Source: a virus. Taken from it: a stretch of DNA of 64,000 nucleotides. The notes under the pieces were generated by a model, which had not been told where the DNA came from, did no database searches, and was given only the letters and a program-made list of their open reading frames with translations. Of the stretch, positions 1-9,501 are shown piece by piece. The stretch lies in the IMG/VR virus record IMGVR_UViG_3300046557_000516, positions 2,332-66,331 of that record, one strand, 5' to 3'. A program made the position numbers and the translations under genes. Every line of letters begins with the position of its first letter. The stretch's first letter is position 1.

Positions 1-185
1 TTCGGATTTTGATGAGCGATAACCCAATAGGATTTACCCGTTTTGGAGCTACCGTCCTGGATGACCAGCTCGCGGCGGAAAGTGGTGACGCGACCTGGGA
101 AAAACTTATCCGCGAGGCTGAAGGCTGGCAGCGCTTCGAACGCCGCCAGTGTCATCTCCTCTCTTGCGAGCTGATCAAATCCCAT
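1..185 (-). CDS. Hypothetical protein (partial, runs off left edge)
   Basis: ATG at 185 just after the upstream stop; reads MGFDQLAREEMTLAAF... open to position 1. Confidence 0.5.
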   Translation of the reverse strand, partial: MGFDQLAREEMTLAAFEALPAFSLADKFFPGRVTTFRRELVIQDGSSKTGKSYWVIAHQNP

Positions 186-189
186 TGGA

Positions 190-540
190 TTAATTCCACA
201 CGATGCGGTCGAACAGCACTGCGGTCCCGTAGATCGCCGGAAGGCTCTCCGGTGCGTCCTTGGGGTGATGCGTCAACCAGTTGTTGCGATAGATCGCCGT
301 CGCGGCTTCGTTCCGCGGCAACTGTTTTCTGACGCCGTGCTCATCGACGAACATGTCGGCGCGCTTGCCTTCATGCAGGACGGTGACGTGCTCGAGGTTG
401 CAGTCCGGCCCCAAGAGCGGAAGGATGAGCGACCGATGATGGGTGAGCCCGGGCTCCGCTGGCCAAAGGATTGCTCCCTTGGAGCTCGAGCCGTCGGCGT
501 TGTAGACGGTGAAACCCGTCATGATTAGATCTTCGTTCAT
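190..540 (-). CDS. DUF3846-like hypothetical protein
   Basis: MFVDEHG..KQLPRNEAATAIY...IYGTAVL pattern; start trimmed to MNEDLIM. Confidence 0.5.
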   Translation of the reverse strand: MNEDLIMTGFTVYNADGSSSKGAILWPAEPGLTHHRSLILPLLGPDCNLEHVTVLHEGKRADMFVDEHGVRKQLPRNEAATAIYRNNWLTHHPKDAPESLPAIYGTAVLFDRIVWN

Positions 541-542
541 AG

Positions 543-929
543 TCAAAATGCTCCTGCCATGATGATGGCTGTTGCGGGATCCACGGCGGCATCGCCGAAT
601 TCCGTGAAGAGACCCCAAATGATGAGGCAAGCGAGGTGCGGGTTAATCCGCTGGCCTCGCCAGAACGCGGCTTCGTCCATCGTGTGCTGTTCGTCATGCA
701 GCGACTTAATCATCGGCAGCGTCCAGCGATCTCCCGCCTTCGACTGGCGGGCGCGGCCGTAGTGACCGTAATCCCGGTTCGGGAAGGAGACGTGGCATCC
801 CTCGACATCGAAATGGCGACGCGTGATGATGCACGGTAGCTGGTGGATGAATTTCGTATAGGACGGTTCCTTCTTCGCGGTCTGTTTGACGAAGTAGGGA
901 TCCGCGGTTTTCTTAATCATCGATGCCAT
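543..929 (-). CDS. DUF968-like HNH-related putative nuclease
   Basis: Y..FI.QLPC...CH...K..DRWTLP....H.EQH motif. Confidence 0.65.
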   Translation of the reverse strand: MASMIKKTADPYFVKQTAKKEPSYTKFIHQLPCIITRRHFDVEGCHVSFPNRDYGHYGRARQSKAGDRWTLPMIKSLHDEQHTMDEAAFWRGQRINPHLACLIIWGLFTEFGDAAVDPATAIIMAGAF

Positions 930-1309
930 CAGTATGGCCTCCTTCTCTCGATCGGGATCATGTCGGCGGCGTCCATCCAGCGCATCCACCGTCTCGGGTT
1001 GATATCGAAGCATTCGTGATCGAGGACGACGGAAAGCGTCCTCATAGCGCGGATGTAACGCTCCGGATCCTGGTCAAGCGCCAAGAACATAACAAACGCC
1101 ATGGTCTCTTTGCGCATGAACCTGAAAACGTTCGGCATCTTCTGCAGCTCGATGCCCTTCTGATGCGCGAGATCAAACATCAGCCGCGCCGTGTAGTCGA
1201 CGCTCCTCGACGTCGGGCAGATGTAGAGAACCATTTGCGGTCCATCCATCATCTCGAGGACGTCGAGGAGCTGGCGTGTCGTGCGGCCCGATCCGCGTCC
1301 TCCGTTCAT
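929..1309 (-). CDS. Hypothetical protein (degenerate P-loop-like N-terminus)
   Basis: Coupled ORF; GRGSGRTT at N-terminus and VVLDH. Confidence 0.55.
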   Translation of the reverse strand: MNGGRGSGRTTRQLLDVLEMMDGPQMVLYICPTSRSVDYTARLMFDLAHQKGIELQKMPNVFRFMRKETMAFVMFLALDQDPERYIRAMRTLSVVLDHECFDINPRRWMRWMDAADMIPIERRRPY

Positions 1310-2238
1310 CGGCGTAGAACCGGGAAGGCATCGTGGACGACGCCGTTGATGGTCCGGCCGCTACGTCCCTTGCCAACCTTGCGCACCGTGGCGCCGTCCG
1401 GGAATTTGAAATGATCACCCGGTCCCTCGACCTCGGAAACCGATACCCACTCGCCATTTTGCTTGTGGTGATATGGAACCCTCCATTGAGCGCACTGATC
1501 CCGCAGCGATCGGAATGCCCCCGGATGCGTCGGACGCGCTCTGTGCGCTCCCTGATCGGTTTCTCCGCCTGTTATCACCCAATCGATGTAGTGAATAAGA
1601 GGCGGTTCCGTCGGTTTGCCCTGGCAACCGCACTCAAATCCACCGCAGCACCGTTCCGGGCCTCCAGGGAAGAGCGACTCCGGATACTCCAGATCGATGT
1701 GCTCGAGGAGCGGCTCGCAGGACAGAAACGCGAACAGAGCATCGTTGTCGTGCTTGGCCCTGATGAGATGCGGGACATTGAGATCGGCGCGCTTTTGATC
1801 CTCGATCGTTGTTCCGATCGCAGCGTTGCTTGGCAAGCCGCCGGCCTCGAGCGCCAGCTTCGTGATGAGCTGCGGCCGCTTCGTCAGCAGCAGATAGATG
1901 AGGCGAGGCGTGTCCCTCATCACCTTGAAGGCGTCGGCCCGCCACTGCGGATCCCACTGGTTGTCGAAGACGTCGGAAAGACTCGAGCAAAACACGAATG
2001 GCCGTGTCCCGTCGCGCTCCGCCTTGCGGTTCCATCTCGCCGGATCATTCCAGGTATACGCAGATGTCCGGACGCGCTCGCCGGCGCCGGCCCCAGGCTT
2101 GCCCCAATCGACGCGATGATAGCGCTTGTCCATCAGGTTTTCAGCGTAGCAGCCGTCGCATGCCGGCGAGACCTTGGCGCACCCGATCACAGGATTCCAG
2201 GTGTGGTCGCACCAACTGATATGTGTCACTTCACCCAT
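1306..2238 (-). CDS. DUF5131 / phage Gp37-Gp68 family protein
   Basis: ISWCDHTWNPVIGCAKVSPACDGCYAE, FCSSLSDVFD, LLTKRP, SCEPLL, IDWVITGGE. Confidence 0.9.
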   Translation of the reverse strand: MGEVTHISWCDHTWNPVIGCAKVSPACDGCYAENLMDKRYHRVDWGKPGAGAGERVRTSAYTWNDPARWNRKAERDGTRPFVFCSSLSDVFDNQWDPQWRADAFKVMRDTPRLIYLLLTKRPQLITKLALEAGGLPSNAAIGTTIEDQKRADLNVPHLIRAKHDNDALFAFLSCEPLLEHIDLEYPESLFPGGPERCCGGFECGCQGKPTEPPLIHYIDWVITGGETDQGAHRARPTHPGAFRSLRDQCAQWRVPYHHKQNGEWVSVSEVEGPGDHFKFPDGATVRKVGKGRSGRTINGVVHDAFPVLRR

Positions 2239-2239
2239 T

Positions 2240-2458
2240 TTATTCGGTCCCCCGTATAGCCATGATCTTGAGTTTGTTTTGGGCGGCGATCTTGCGCATA
2301 GAGTCGATCGCCTTGCCGATATCGGGCGCCTGCTGCGGGATCAACGCATCCGCAACAAGCTTCTTTGTGAGATCGTGCATCGCCGTCTTCAGGCTGACAT
2401 GCGGGCGACACCTCAGATACCAGTTGAGGAAGTCGATCTGGCGTTGCGCGTCCATCAT
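2240..2458 (-). CDS. Hypothetical protein
   Basis: Tightly coupled ORF in the leftward operon. Confidence 0.6.
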   Translation of the reverse strand: MMDAQRQIDFLNWYLRCRPHVSLKTAMHDLTKKLVADALIPQQAPDIGKAIDSMRKIAAQNKLKIMAIRGTE

Positions 2459-2637
2459 AGTGTTTCCATCTTCGCGAAGACGACAACGGCGGTCCAGACG
2501 ACAACGGCGACAGCAACCCCGTAGATGACGAGGGAGAGCGGCGTATCAGCGTTGTACAATTCCCTGAATGTAGCCATGACCGACAGCATCAGGCCGGTGC
2601 GCGCCAGCCACGCGTTCTTTTTCGTGAGCTTCATCAT
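2455..2637 (-). CDS. Small membrane protein
   Basis: Two hydrophobic segments; overlaps neighbours by 4 nt. Confidence 0.6.
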   Translation of the reverse strand: MMKLTKKNAWLARTGLMLSVMATFRELYNADTPLSLVIYGVAVAVVVWTAVVVFAKMETL

Positions 2638-2822
2638 AGGGCACCTATCCAGATGAGGGCGATAACGAACAGGATGGTTAGCCCGATGAGGCCGACGGTC
2701 CCGGTGACAACGGAGACGCCCATGGCTGTGTCGTTATCCGCCCCAGGGCGCGACCTGAAGGTGGCGCGGAGCGAAAGAACGGTGACAACAATGAGCGCGG
2801 CGACAATGAGATAGATCAGCAT
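2634..2822 (-). CDS. Small membrane protein
   Basis: MLIYLIVAALIVVTVL... two TM segments; start trimmed. Confidence 0.6.
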   Translation of the reverse strand: MLIYLIVAALIVVTVLSLRATFRSRPGADNDTAMGVSVVTGTVGLIGLTILFVIALIWIGAL

Positions 2823-2823
2823 T

Positions 2824-3114
2824 TTATATCCCCATGGCCCTTTCGATGGCCTGTTTCCTGATGATGGCCCATGACTTATCGAGGAGCCTGGCGAGCCTGG
2901 CCGCTTCGATCCGCTTCTTAGACCCGGCCGGGAATTCCCAAAACGCGGTCTTGCCGAAGCGTTTGATGTAGCGGCGCAAAAGCATGCTATCGCGCCGCCG
3001 CATGTATTTGGGGACAAGCGGCCAATGGCGGCCGCAGATCCATTCTGTTCCGCCTTGTGTCAGCGTCTTCGTCCGCCGGCAATGCGGGACGCAGCATGGG
3101 GTCCGATCCGTCAT
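2824..3114 (-). CDS. Putative Zn-binding hypothetical protein
   Basis: CCVPHC...WICGRHW; 4-nt overlap with the upstream gene. Confidence 0.6.
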   Translation of the reverse strand: MTDRTPCCVPHCRRTKTLTQGGTEWICGRHWPLVPKYMRRRDSMLLRRYIKRFGKTAFWEFPAGSKKRIEAARLARLLDKSWAIIRKQAIERAMGI

Positions 3115-3914
3115 GGATAGAGCCGATCGATGTTGCCCTCGAGGACGGTGAAGGAGTAGGCAACGATAAACGGGTTCTTTGCCCAAGACCCCTTCCCATG
3201 AAGTTTCTCCCAAAGGCTCTTGTAGCTGTCGTGCGGCTCCACGAAGGGGACGACAGAATGAGCGTGCGGCGTTCCATCCGGATAAACCTCGTAGTCTTTC
3301 CATAAGGTTTCGCCCGGGGATCTGTCATCGTAGACCGGCTCGATACCTTCGGCGATGCAGTCGGTATCCGTGATCTCGTTAAGGCGCTCGATGTATACGC
3401 CGTCGACAACAAGCGTGAGGCGCGAGACGACTCGAGGCATATGCATAGCCTGGCGAAACTTGCCGTATGGAGCCATGTCGCGCTCATCTTCGTCCCGTAA
3501 GAATTCCCGCCCAGGTTCCTTGCCGATCGACAATCCTCCGCCGGCCTCGTAGCGGATCCCGGCGCCACGACCGCCAGCCAGCAGGTTCTTCGGCATGTGA
3601 TCCTCGCACGTCGAATCGAAGGAGGCGAAGGTCCGCCACGGCTCACGCACGTAGAGGAGGTCGCCGATCTCATATTTCGGCTCATAGGTTTCCGTCATGA
3701 TCCCCTCGCCGCCAACTGCGGAGACGCTGAATCGAAACGACTTCGGCCGCTTCGGGTAGAATGCGGTTATGGCGGGAACGACGTCCAGCTTGATATCGCC
3801 GTCGTAATAGCCGCCTTCAAACGGCTGCTCGATGAGCCGGCGCGTCTGTCTCTTCCGCTTGGCGCGCAAAGCCTGGACCATTGGAACGCCGAAAGTGATG
3901 GGGCGCTTCCTCAT
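3111..3914 (-). CDS. ASCH/PUA-like phage protein
   Basis: PITF..PMV.A....K.QTRR...GDLLYVRE...HMPR..SRLTL.V..V.IERL..I...DCIAEGI...SW.KNP. Confidence 0.75.
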   Translation of the reverse strand: MRKRPITFGVPMVQALRAKRKRQTRRLIEQPFEGGYYDGDIKLDVVPAITAFYPKRPKSFRFSVSAVGGEGIMTETYEPKYEIGDLLYVREPWRTFASFDSTCEDHMPKNLLAGGRGAGIRYEAGGGLSIGKEPGREFLRDEDERDMAPYGKFRQAMHMPRVVSRLTLVVDGVYIERLNEITDTDCIAEGIEPVYDDRSPGETLWKDYEVYPDGTPHAHSVVPFVEPHDSYKSLWEKLHGKGSWAKNPFIVAYSFTVLEGNIDRLYP

Positions 3915-4195
3915 TGGCCACGCTCCACATCCGCAGCAAGCATCTTGGAGAGCTCGATCGGCAACAGCTTCTCCATCGATCTCCGGTAAACCTTGCGGCC
4001 ATGAGGGTCATCGATCGATGCCAGAAACGATGCCTGGAGCCGAACAAAGGCGGCAACAAAGGCGCGCGGGTCCGGCTGGCGCCCTTGCTGCTTCACCTTG
4101 CGGGTGATTTCCGAAAACACGGTGGAGAACCCGGCGATGAGCTCTTCGGTCTGGACGTCCATTTCGGACTTTTTGCGCTCACTCGCGGTCATCAT
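3911..4195 (-). CDS. Hypothetical protein
   Basis: Coupled ORF with RBS. Confidence 0.6.
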   Translation of the reverse strand: MMTASERKKSEMDVQTEELIAGFSTVFSEITRKVKQQGRQPDPRAFVAAFVRLQASFLASIDDPHGRKVYRRSMEKLLPIELSKMLAADVERGQ

Positions 4196-4668
4196 ATCGG
4201 TTCTCCTCCAAGGGAAAGATCGTTGGGCGGCGTCTCGGCGCGCGGCGGGCTCAAGACCTCCTGAAGCACGGCTTGCAGCCTGTCGCCCGTCGGCGCCGAT
4301 GCCGGGAGATCCGATAGGGGCGGCCTATCCTCGATCTCATCGAAGTCCGGATCCGGCCGGCTCAAATCGCCAAGCGCCACGGTATGGAATTGGTCGAAGC
4401 TCATGACCCAGGCGACATCGTGATTCTTGTCGATGCCGATGATGACGCCTTTCAAATCACCGCCATCCCAAACGACCAAGTCGTCGATTGCGAAAGCGGC
4501 GCGATGCATGACAGCGTCGGTTTGGTTGACGAAGATCGAATAGCCCTTCGGCATCTCGATTTTCATATTGTTTTCGTCCCCATCGACCCACTTCACCTCG
4601 CCCATCACCATGACGAGATCACCTTTTTTGAACAAATCAGCCATTTGACGTATCCTTGAATTCCCCAT
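4192..4668 (-). CDS. Hypothetical protein (tandem SH3/KOW-like, likely start MADLF near 4644)
   Basis: FKKGDLV and FAIDDLV repeated motifs. Confidence 0.55.
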   Translation of the reverse strand: MGNSRIRQMADLFKKGDLVMVMGEVKWVDGDENNMKIEMPKGYSIFVNQTDAVMHRAAFAIDDLVVWDGGDLKGVIIGIDKNHDVAWVMSFDQFHTVALGDLSRPDPDFDEIEDRPPLSDLPASAPTGDRLQAVLQEVLSPPRAETPPNDLSLGGEPI

Positions 4669-4966
4669 GCAGGGATTTGATGCGCGGTAGGGAGATCACC
4701 ATGTTGAGCTGGCGCATCCCGACGAACCGTTCGCGCTCCATGGTGACCTTGTCGATCGTTTCCGTCGGTCTGGCTCGACGATTGTCTTCCCGGCCGGCGT
4801 TGGTATCCCTGCGGTTCCCCTCAAAGATCCGGCCGCGGGCGGAGGCGACGACGTCGCGCCCCACGCCCAATTCCTTGGCGATCTGGCCGGTGCTCTTGCC
4901 GGCGTCGAAATGCGTTCGGATCAAACCGTCCGTTGGTAGCGGATCTGATTTCGTCCTCTTCGTCAT
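4637..4966 (-). CDS. HTH-containing hypothetical protein
   Basis: GKSTGQIAKELGVGRDVV. Confidence 0.6.
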   Translation of the reverse strand: MTKRTKSDPLPTDGLIRTHFDAGKSTGQIAKELGVGRDVVASARGRIFEGNRRDTNAGREDNRRARPTETIDKVTMERERFVGMRQLNMVISLPRIKSLHGEFKDTSNG

Positions 4967-6207
4967 TTCGCAGCCGCCTTCTTCACCGGCAGATCCTTGT
5001 CGTCGAAGCCGGCGAGCCCGTTGATGTATTTGCGCATCGGCTCCGGCTTCTTACGATCCATGACAACATCCATGCAGGTATCGAAAATGGCCGATGCCTT
5101 CTCACGGATCTCCATGGCAACGGCGTCCGACGGATAGGTCGCCAAGAAACCGTTGCGCTGCGCCTTTAGAACAAGCACGTCGCCGCCCGGGTTCGTCGCC
5201 GCCCAAAGTGACGTTGTCAGGTTGCGCAGCCACTCCCAATCCATGGCCGTCGGTCGACCATTGTTGGCGACGGGGAGATCCTTCTGGACCTCCTCCTTCT
5301 CGGCAATATCAGGGGACGCCGAGTTGGCGACGTCCCCGGTGGAGGGCTCTTCATTGGAGATGGAGTGGCCCTCCTCTTCCGCGGCTGAACCACTCACGGA
5401 ATCTGAATTCGATTTGGTCTCATCGACCTTTCCGCCATTCGTATCGGCGTTGATCCGATCGGCATCGAAGCCGTCGGTCTTTTCGGACTGCGAAGCCCTC
5501 AGGCGGGCCAAGACGTCGTCGCCGGCACTGGACTGGCGAACCGGGGTGACGTCGCGCATCCCCTGCTGCTGCGGTTCGTATTCGTCTGTAGCCATGATGC
5601 CAAGCATTGCGCCTGGTTCGTGCAGGCGAGCCCACTCGCGGACGCCGCGGTTGAAGAGCATCTTCCGCCAGTCGTGCGGCTTCCCCCAGGCGGAGTTCAC
5701 GCCTGTTGTCTTCCAGCCGTTGACGTAGCCGTCGACATAGCGGCCGACACTGCCGTCGGGAAGCTCCTCATAGACGCGGATCGACAAGTCCTCGTTGGGA
5801 GTGACCTCGCCGACCTTGGTTTCCTTCATGTCCGAATCCCACTTGCCGAAGACGTGCTTCAGCTTGACGGACAGGACGGAGTCGAGAACGGCGGCGACAA
5901 GCTTGCCTTCGAACATCAGCCGGCCGTGAACGATCGACGTCGCTTGCGCAACCGCTACGGCGCGCATCCCCCATCCGTTGGCGATATCGACAATCATCAT
6001 GCAGTTCGCCACGATCCTTTCGAACGGCAATTCCACTTTCGGGTTTGCCGTCATGTCCATCATCAGGCTTTCCGGGATGATCGACGCCATCGCCATCTGT
6101 TGGGCGACGGCCAAAGTCCGATTGAAGTAACCCTCCTCGAGGAGAGGGTTAGCGTTGGCCTTGGCGATCGGGAAAAACTGTTCTTCGGTTGCTACTATGT
6201 CGTTCAT
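4963..6207 (-). CDS. RecT-like single-strand annealing protein
   Basis: ANC...A..WGM...AVAQ.T.IVHGRL..EGKLVAAV; immediately downstream of RecE-like exonuclease. Confidence 0.75.
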   Translation of the reverse strand: MNDIVATEEQFFPIAKANANPLLEEGYFNRTLAVAQQMAMASIIPESLMMDMTANPKVELPFERIVANCMMIVDIANGWGMRAVAVAQATSIVHGRLMFEGKLVAAVLDSVLSVKLKHVFGKWDSDMKETKVGEVTPNEDLSIRVYEELPDGSVGRYVDGYVNGWKTTGVNSAWGKPHDWRKMLFNRGVREWARLHEPGAMLGIMATDEYEPQQQGMRDVTPVRQSSAGDDVLARLRASQSEKTDGFDADRINADTNGGKVDETKSNSDSVSGSAAEEEGHSISNEEPSTGDVANSASPDIAEKEEVQKDLPVANNGRPTAMDWEWLRNLTTSLWAATNPGGDVLVLKAQRNGFLATYPSDAVAMEIREKASAIFDTCMDVVMDRKKPEPMRKYINGLAGFDDKDLPVKKAAAK

Positions 6208-7139
6208 GGGTGAAATCCATCCATTGCTATGGCTTTGACGAGGCGATCGCGTTCGAATTTCTTCATCCGGATCGATTGGTTTTCCCGGGTGTAGACCGCG
6301 ACCCCGGGCCATTCGCCGGTGTCGAGACCATGCCGGATCTTGTGCAGTGCGTAGTTGACGGTGGCGATGCCGATGAGGATGTCTTCCTCATCCATCACCC
6401 TGAAGTCGCTGTCGGCGTAGTCCTTAGACAGCGTGTAAAACAGCGTGAAGGAGTGGAACGGGATCTGCAGCAAGTCGCAAACCATCTTGGTCATCGCCGC
6501 CTGCAGGTAGTAACCCATGTCGCCGATCTGCTTCTCGAGGAAGTCCGGATCCATGGATGATGTCGTCTTCACGTCGCCGAAGTCGCCATCGGCGGCGCGC
6601 ACGTCTGGCCTCGAGCGCAGCCAGATCCCGGTACGTGGGCATCTGGCAAACATCGAGATTTCGACGTCGCCGTTCAACCCGCCGGCCTGGACGAACGGAT
6701 GCTTCGACGCATCATCGGCCATGCGCTTGATCTGCTCGAGCTGTTCCGTCGACAAGGTGACGAGACCGGACTCCGCCATACGCTTGAACCAGTTCTGCCA
6801 GACGCGCTTGTTGCCATGATAGGTCTCGCCTTCGACCTTCTCCGGGATGATGACAAACTTATCCTTGAAGACTTCATCACCCAAAAGGATGGCGTGGACC
6901 GCCTTGCCGAAATCCATCTCGCGCGATGAGGGGCGTTTGATGCGATTTGGGTTGCCGGCGTAATGCTGGAAAAACCGTTTCGGCGTGCCATTGGGCGGCG
7001 CAAGATGCTTGACGCTGGACTTCGAAACAGACGGTCCGGAGAGGAGCGTGGTGTCGTTGTGATAGACCTCGAGCGGGATGCCGCGGTAAAGACCCGGCTT
7101 TGTGATCGTGGTCCCCTCTTCCCAATCTATAATCTCCAA
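6204..7139 (-). CDS. RecE/exonuclease VIII-like PD-(D/E)XK nuclease (DUF3799-like)
   Basis: PGLY.GIP..YH...SKS, FGKAVHA, TGIWLRSRPD...DVKT, GY..QAA. Confidence 0.85.
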   Translation of the reverse strand: MEIIDWEEGTTITKPGLYRGIPLEVYHNDTTLLSGPSVSKSSVKHLAPPNGTPKRFFQHYAGNPNRIKRPSSREMDFGKAVHAILLGDEVFKDKFVIIPEKVEGETYHGNKRVWQNWFKRMAESGLVTLSTEQLEQIKRMADDASKHPFVQAGGLNGDVEISMFARCPRTGIWLRSRPDVRAADGDFGDVKTTSSMDPDFLEKQIGDMGYYLQAAMTKMVCDLLQIPFHSFTLFYTLSKDYADSDFRVMDEEDILIGIATVNYALHKIRHGLDTGEWPGVAVYTRENQSIRMKKFERDRLVKAIAMDGFHP

Positions 7140-7220
7140 AGAAGTATTCCTCGTGTGTTGATGCAGCAGGCTGCAACGGCGAATATCGCCGCGCAGATGA
7201 CGAAGAGGGCGGAAGAGCTT

Positions 7221-7415
7221 TTACAGCTCCTCCAGATCATGCCGGACATCAGCAGGAACCCGGCGGACTCGACGATCAGGAGCGCGGTGGCGATCTCGAT
7301 TAAACCGCTCTTCATATCGCGCATACTTCCTCCTGTTCCCTTTGAGGTACATCCCGATGCCGACGGCGCCGGCGATACAAAAACCAAACCAGACCGAAAG
7401 CCCGAAGACGATCAT
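7221..7415 (-). CDS. Small membrane-anchored protein
   Basis: Hydrophobic N-terminus followed by a basic tail; coupled to upstream stop. Confidence 0.45.
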   Translation of the reverse strand: MIVFGLSVWFGFCIAGAVGIGMYLKGNRRKYARYEERFNRDRHRAPDRRVRRVPADVRHDLEEL

Positions 7416-8677
7416 GCGATGACAAGCCCAACATTGCGGATCTTGCCGTGAACGATGGCAACCGCGATGTTGCCGGCCGCTTGTGTCCTGCCCGTCGAAG
7501 TCACGATAACCTCCGTGATGTCGGCGACGATCTCTTCAAAGATCCGCTGGCTTTCTTCGGTCCGGATCCGCTGGCGTTCGGTCTCCGCAGCGGCGGCCGC
7601 CCTGGCGTCGGCGTCTTCCTTCTCGAGGCGGAGACGTTCGTTCTCGGCGGCGATGTCGTCGTCGATCTTCTTCTGTGCTGCGGCCTGCCTGTCGGTTTCC
7701 TCCTTCTCGAGGCGGTCCCGTTCAAGCTTGTCGGCGCGCTCCGTGGCGTCGAGGGCGTCCTGCTCCGCCTTCTTCACCCGGGCGTCGGCGTCGGCGATCG
7801 CCTGCAGACGCTCTTCCTCGGCCTTGTCAGCGGCGGCGGCTTCATCCTTCTCCACGTAGAGCTTGCGGAGCGCGCCGTTGTAGGCTTGCGTCGCCTGATC
7901 GCGGAGATCGCCATAGCTGGCATCGATCTGCATGCCATCGAGGGCCTTGAAGCGGGCCGCCAGTTCGGCCTTCTCACCATCCAGGAAGCCGTTGCCGATA
8001 TCGATGATGACGCGGATCGAGTCCTTGGCCGCCTGTTCACGCTCCGCCTTGTCGGCCTTGTCGCGGAGAGCGGCGAGCTCGAGCCGGTTCGTTTCGGCCA
8101 CTGCGGCTTCGGCTTCAGCGTTGATCGCCGCCGTCTTCGCCCTGACCAGATTGGTGTAAGCGGCCTCGATGACGAGTTTGGCCTCATCCTCGAATTCGTC
8201 ATAGGTCGACATCTCATCCGTCGGCAGCGAGTCGATGCGCGCCTGGATCTGTGTCGACGTCTCGCCGAAGTTGACCTGGCCGGCGAGGCGGGCGGCATCG
8301 ATCTTGGCCTGGAGGCGTTCCTTGCGCTCCTTCTCGGCCTCTTCGAATTTCGTCAGCGGATCCCGGACCGTCTTCTGGCGCGTCTCGAGCTCATCCCAAA
8401 TCTCGGAACGATCGGCGTTGACCTGGTTGACAACAAGCTGCGCCTCTTCCTTGCGCTTCGCTCCAGCTTCATCGATGCGGTTCTTCAGCGAGGCAAGGGC
8501 GGCGGCCGTCGACTTCAGGACGTCGCGCTCCTTCTTCGACTCAATGGTTGTCGGAACGTCCTTCAGAACGACGTCGAGCTGCTCGAGGAACGCGGTACGG
8601 GCATCCTTGCCGAGATCGGGGTGGAAGAGCTGCAGAACCTTTGCAGGCTCCAATGTCATGATTTCAAGTTTAGCCAC
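7412..8677 (-). CDS. Long coiled-coil phage protein, commonly found beside RecET
   Basis: K.R..LKS.A..LA..K.RID.AG...R..IWD.L......VR.PLT.FE.AE; A/E/K-rich. Confidence 0.75.
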   Translation of the reverse strand: MAKLEIMTLEPAKVLQLFHPDLGKDARTAFLEQLDVVLKDVPTTIESKKERDVLKSTAAALASLKNRIDEAGAKRKEEAQLVVNQVNADRSEIWDELETRQKTVRDPLTKFEEAEKERKERLQAKIDAARLAGQVNFGETSTQIQARIDSLPTDEMSTYDEFEDEAKLVIEAAYTNLVRAKTAAINAEAEAAVAETNRLELAALRDKADKAEREQAAKDSIRVIIDIGNGFLDGEKAELAARFKALDGMQIDASYGDLRDQATQAYNGALRKLYVEKDEAAAADKAEEERLQAIADADARVKKAEQDALDATERADKLERDRLEKEETDRQAAAQKKIDDDIAAENERLRLEKEDADARAAAAAETERQRIRTEESQRIFEEIVADITEVIVTSTGRTQAAGNIAVAIVHGKIRNVGLVIA

Positions 8678-8681
8678 GGTG

Positions 8682-8858
8682 TTATCGCCTTTCGAGCCGG
8701 AGGTAAGCGGAGATGCAGACGCGCGCCTGATCCATGAATTCTTTCTTGATCGCCGGCCGCATGTTGCGCCAGCGGGTGTCGGCCCATTTAGGATCCTTCA
8801 CTTGGGCCCAAAACTCCCACATCGCCTTTGCCGCGGGCTCGATCGACTTTTCTTCCAT
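8682..8858 (-). CDS. Hypothetical protein (58 aa, below ORF-track cut-off)
   Basis: Manual translation MEEKSIEPAAKAMWEFWAQ...RLERR*. Confidence 0.45.
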   Translation of the reverse strand: MEEKSIEPAAKAMWEFWAQVKDPKWADTRWRNMRPAIKKEFMDQARVCISAYLRLERR

Positions 8859-8968
8859 CAATCAGTTCCTCGTATTCGTTCCGATATTGCTGGCGCAGCT
8901 CGGCGTTGGGTTCGTTGACTAAAAGCCATTCCAATTCCTTGATCTGGCCGGCGATCGGGAGATGCGAG

Positions 8969-9211
8969 TTACGCTTCATCGGGCTTCTTCTCCGCGGGAG
9001 GGGTTAGAGTTGTCCAGCCGCACATGATGGCTATGGCGCAAACCCTTGCGAGGCCATGGCCGAGACTGACGTCCCCGAAGGCGGCCTCGACCAGGCCGGC
9101 GCAGCGTTCGCGTTCGGCCCGAAGAGCGTTGAGATGATCGGCGTTCGTGATGTAGTGGCCACCCAATTGCTCCTCCATCTTCCCGCACATATGCGGCGAG
9201 TAGCGCTTCAT
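8969..9211 (-). CDS. Hypothetical protein
   Basis: Start trimmed to MKRYSPH; AERERCA motif common in phage proteins. Confidence 0.55.
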   Translation of the reverse strand: MKRYSPHMCGKMEEQLGGHYITNADHLNALRAERERCAGLVEAAFGDVSLGHGLARVCAIAIMCGWTTLTPPAEKKPDEA

Positions 9212-9501
9212 TCCGGAAACTCCGGAGGCGCATCGAACATCGGCGCCCAGGCGTAGAGGTCTCGGTCGGTTTTGATGCCGGCCCACCATCCCGTTGGGTG
9301 CTGCTTCGTCGGTTCCGTCCGGTACGTCGGGATCCACTTCATCACCCCGGCATCGATGACGGCGCCAAGGATCGGCTCCGCCTTGAACGATGTCGTTGTC
9401 CGCGTGCCACCCTTGCCGTCCGGCCCGGTATGAACCAGCGTCTTGCCTCGAGGCGCGTTCTCGACGTCGTAGCGCCACATGAAAATAACTGTCCTGCTCA
9501 T
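9208..9501 (-). CDS. Hypothetical protein
   Basis: Start trimmed to MSRTVIF; W..D.E.APRG...AWAP. Confidence 0.55.
   Translation of the reverse strand: MSRTVIFMWRYDVENAPRGKTLVHTGPDGKGGTRTTTSFKAEPILGAVIDAGVMKWIPTYRTEPTKQHPTGWWAGIKTDRDLYAWAPMFDAPPEFPE

Noticed and set aside
7448-8737. Long antisense ORFs (also 1333-2259, 12086-13030, 30229-31119, 38394-39536, 56480-57745)
   Set aside because: Shadows of GC-rich, codon-biased genes on the opposite strand; no RBS or motifs
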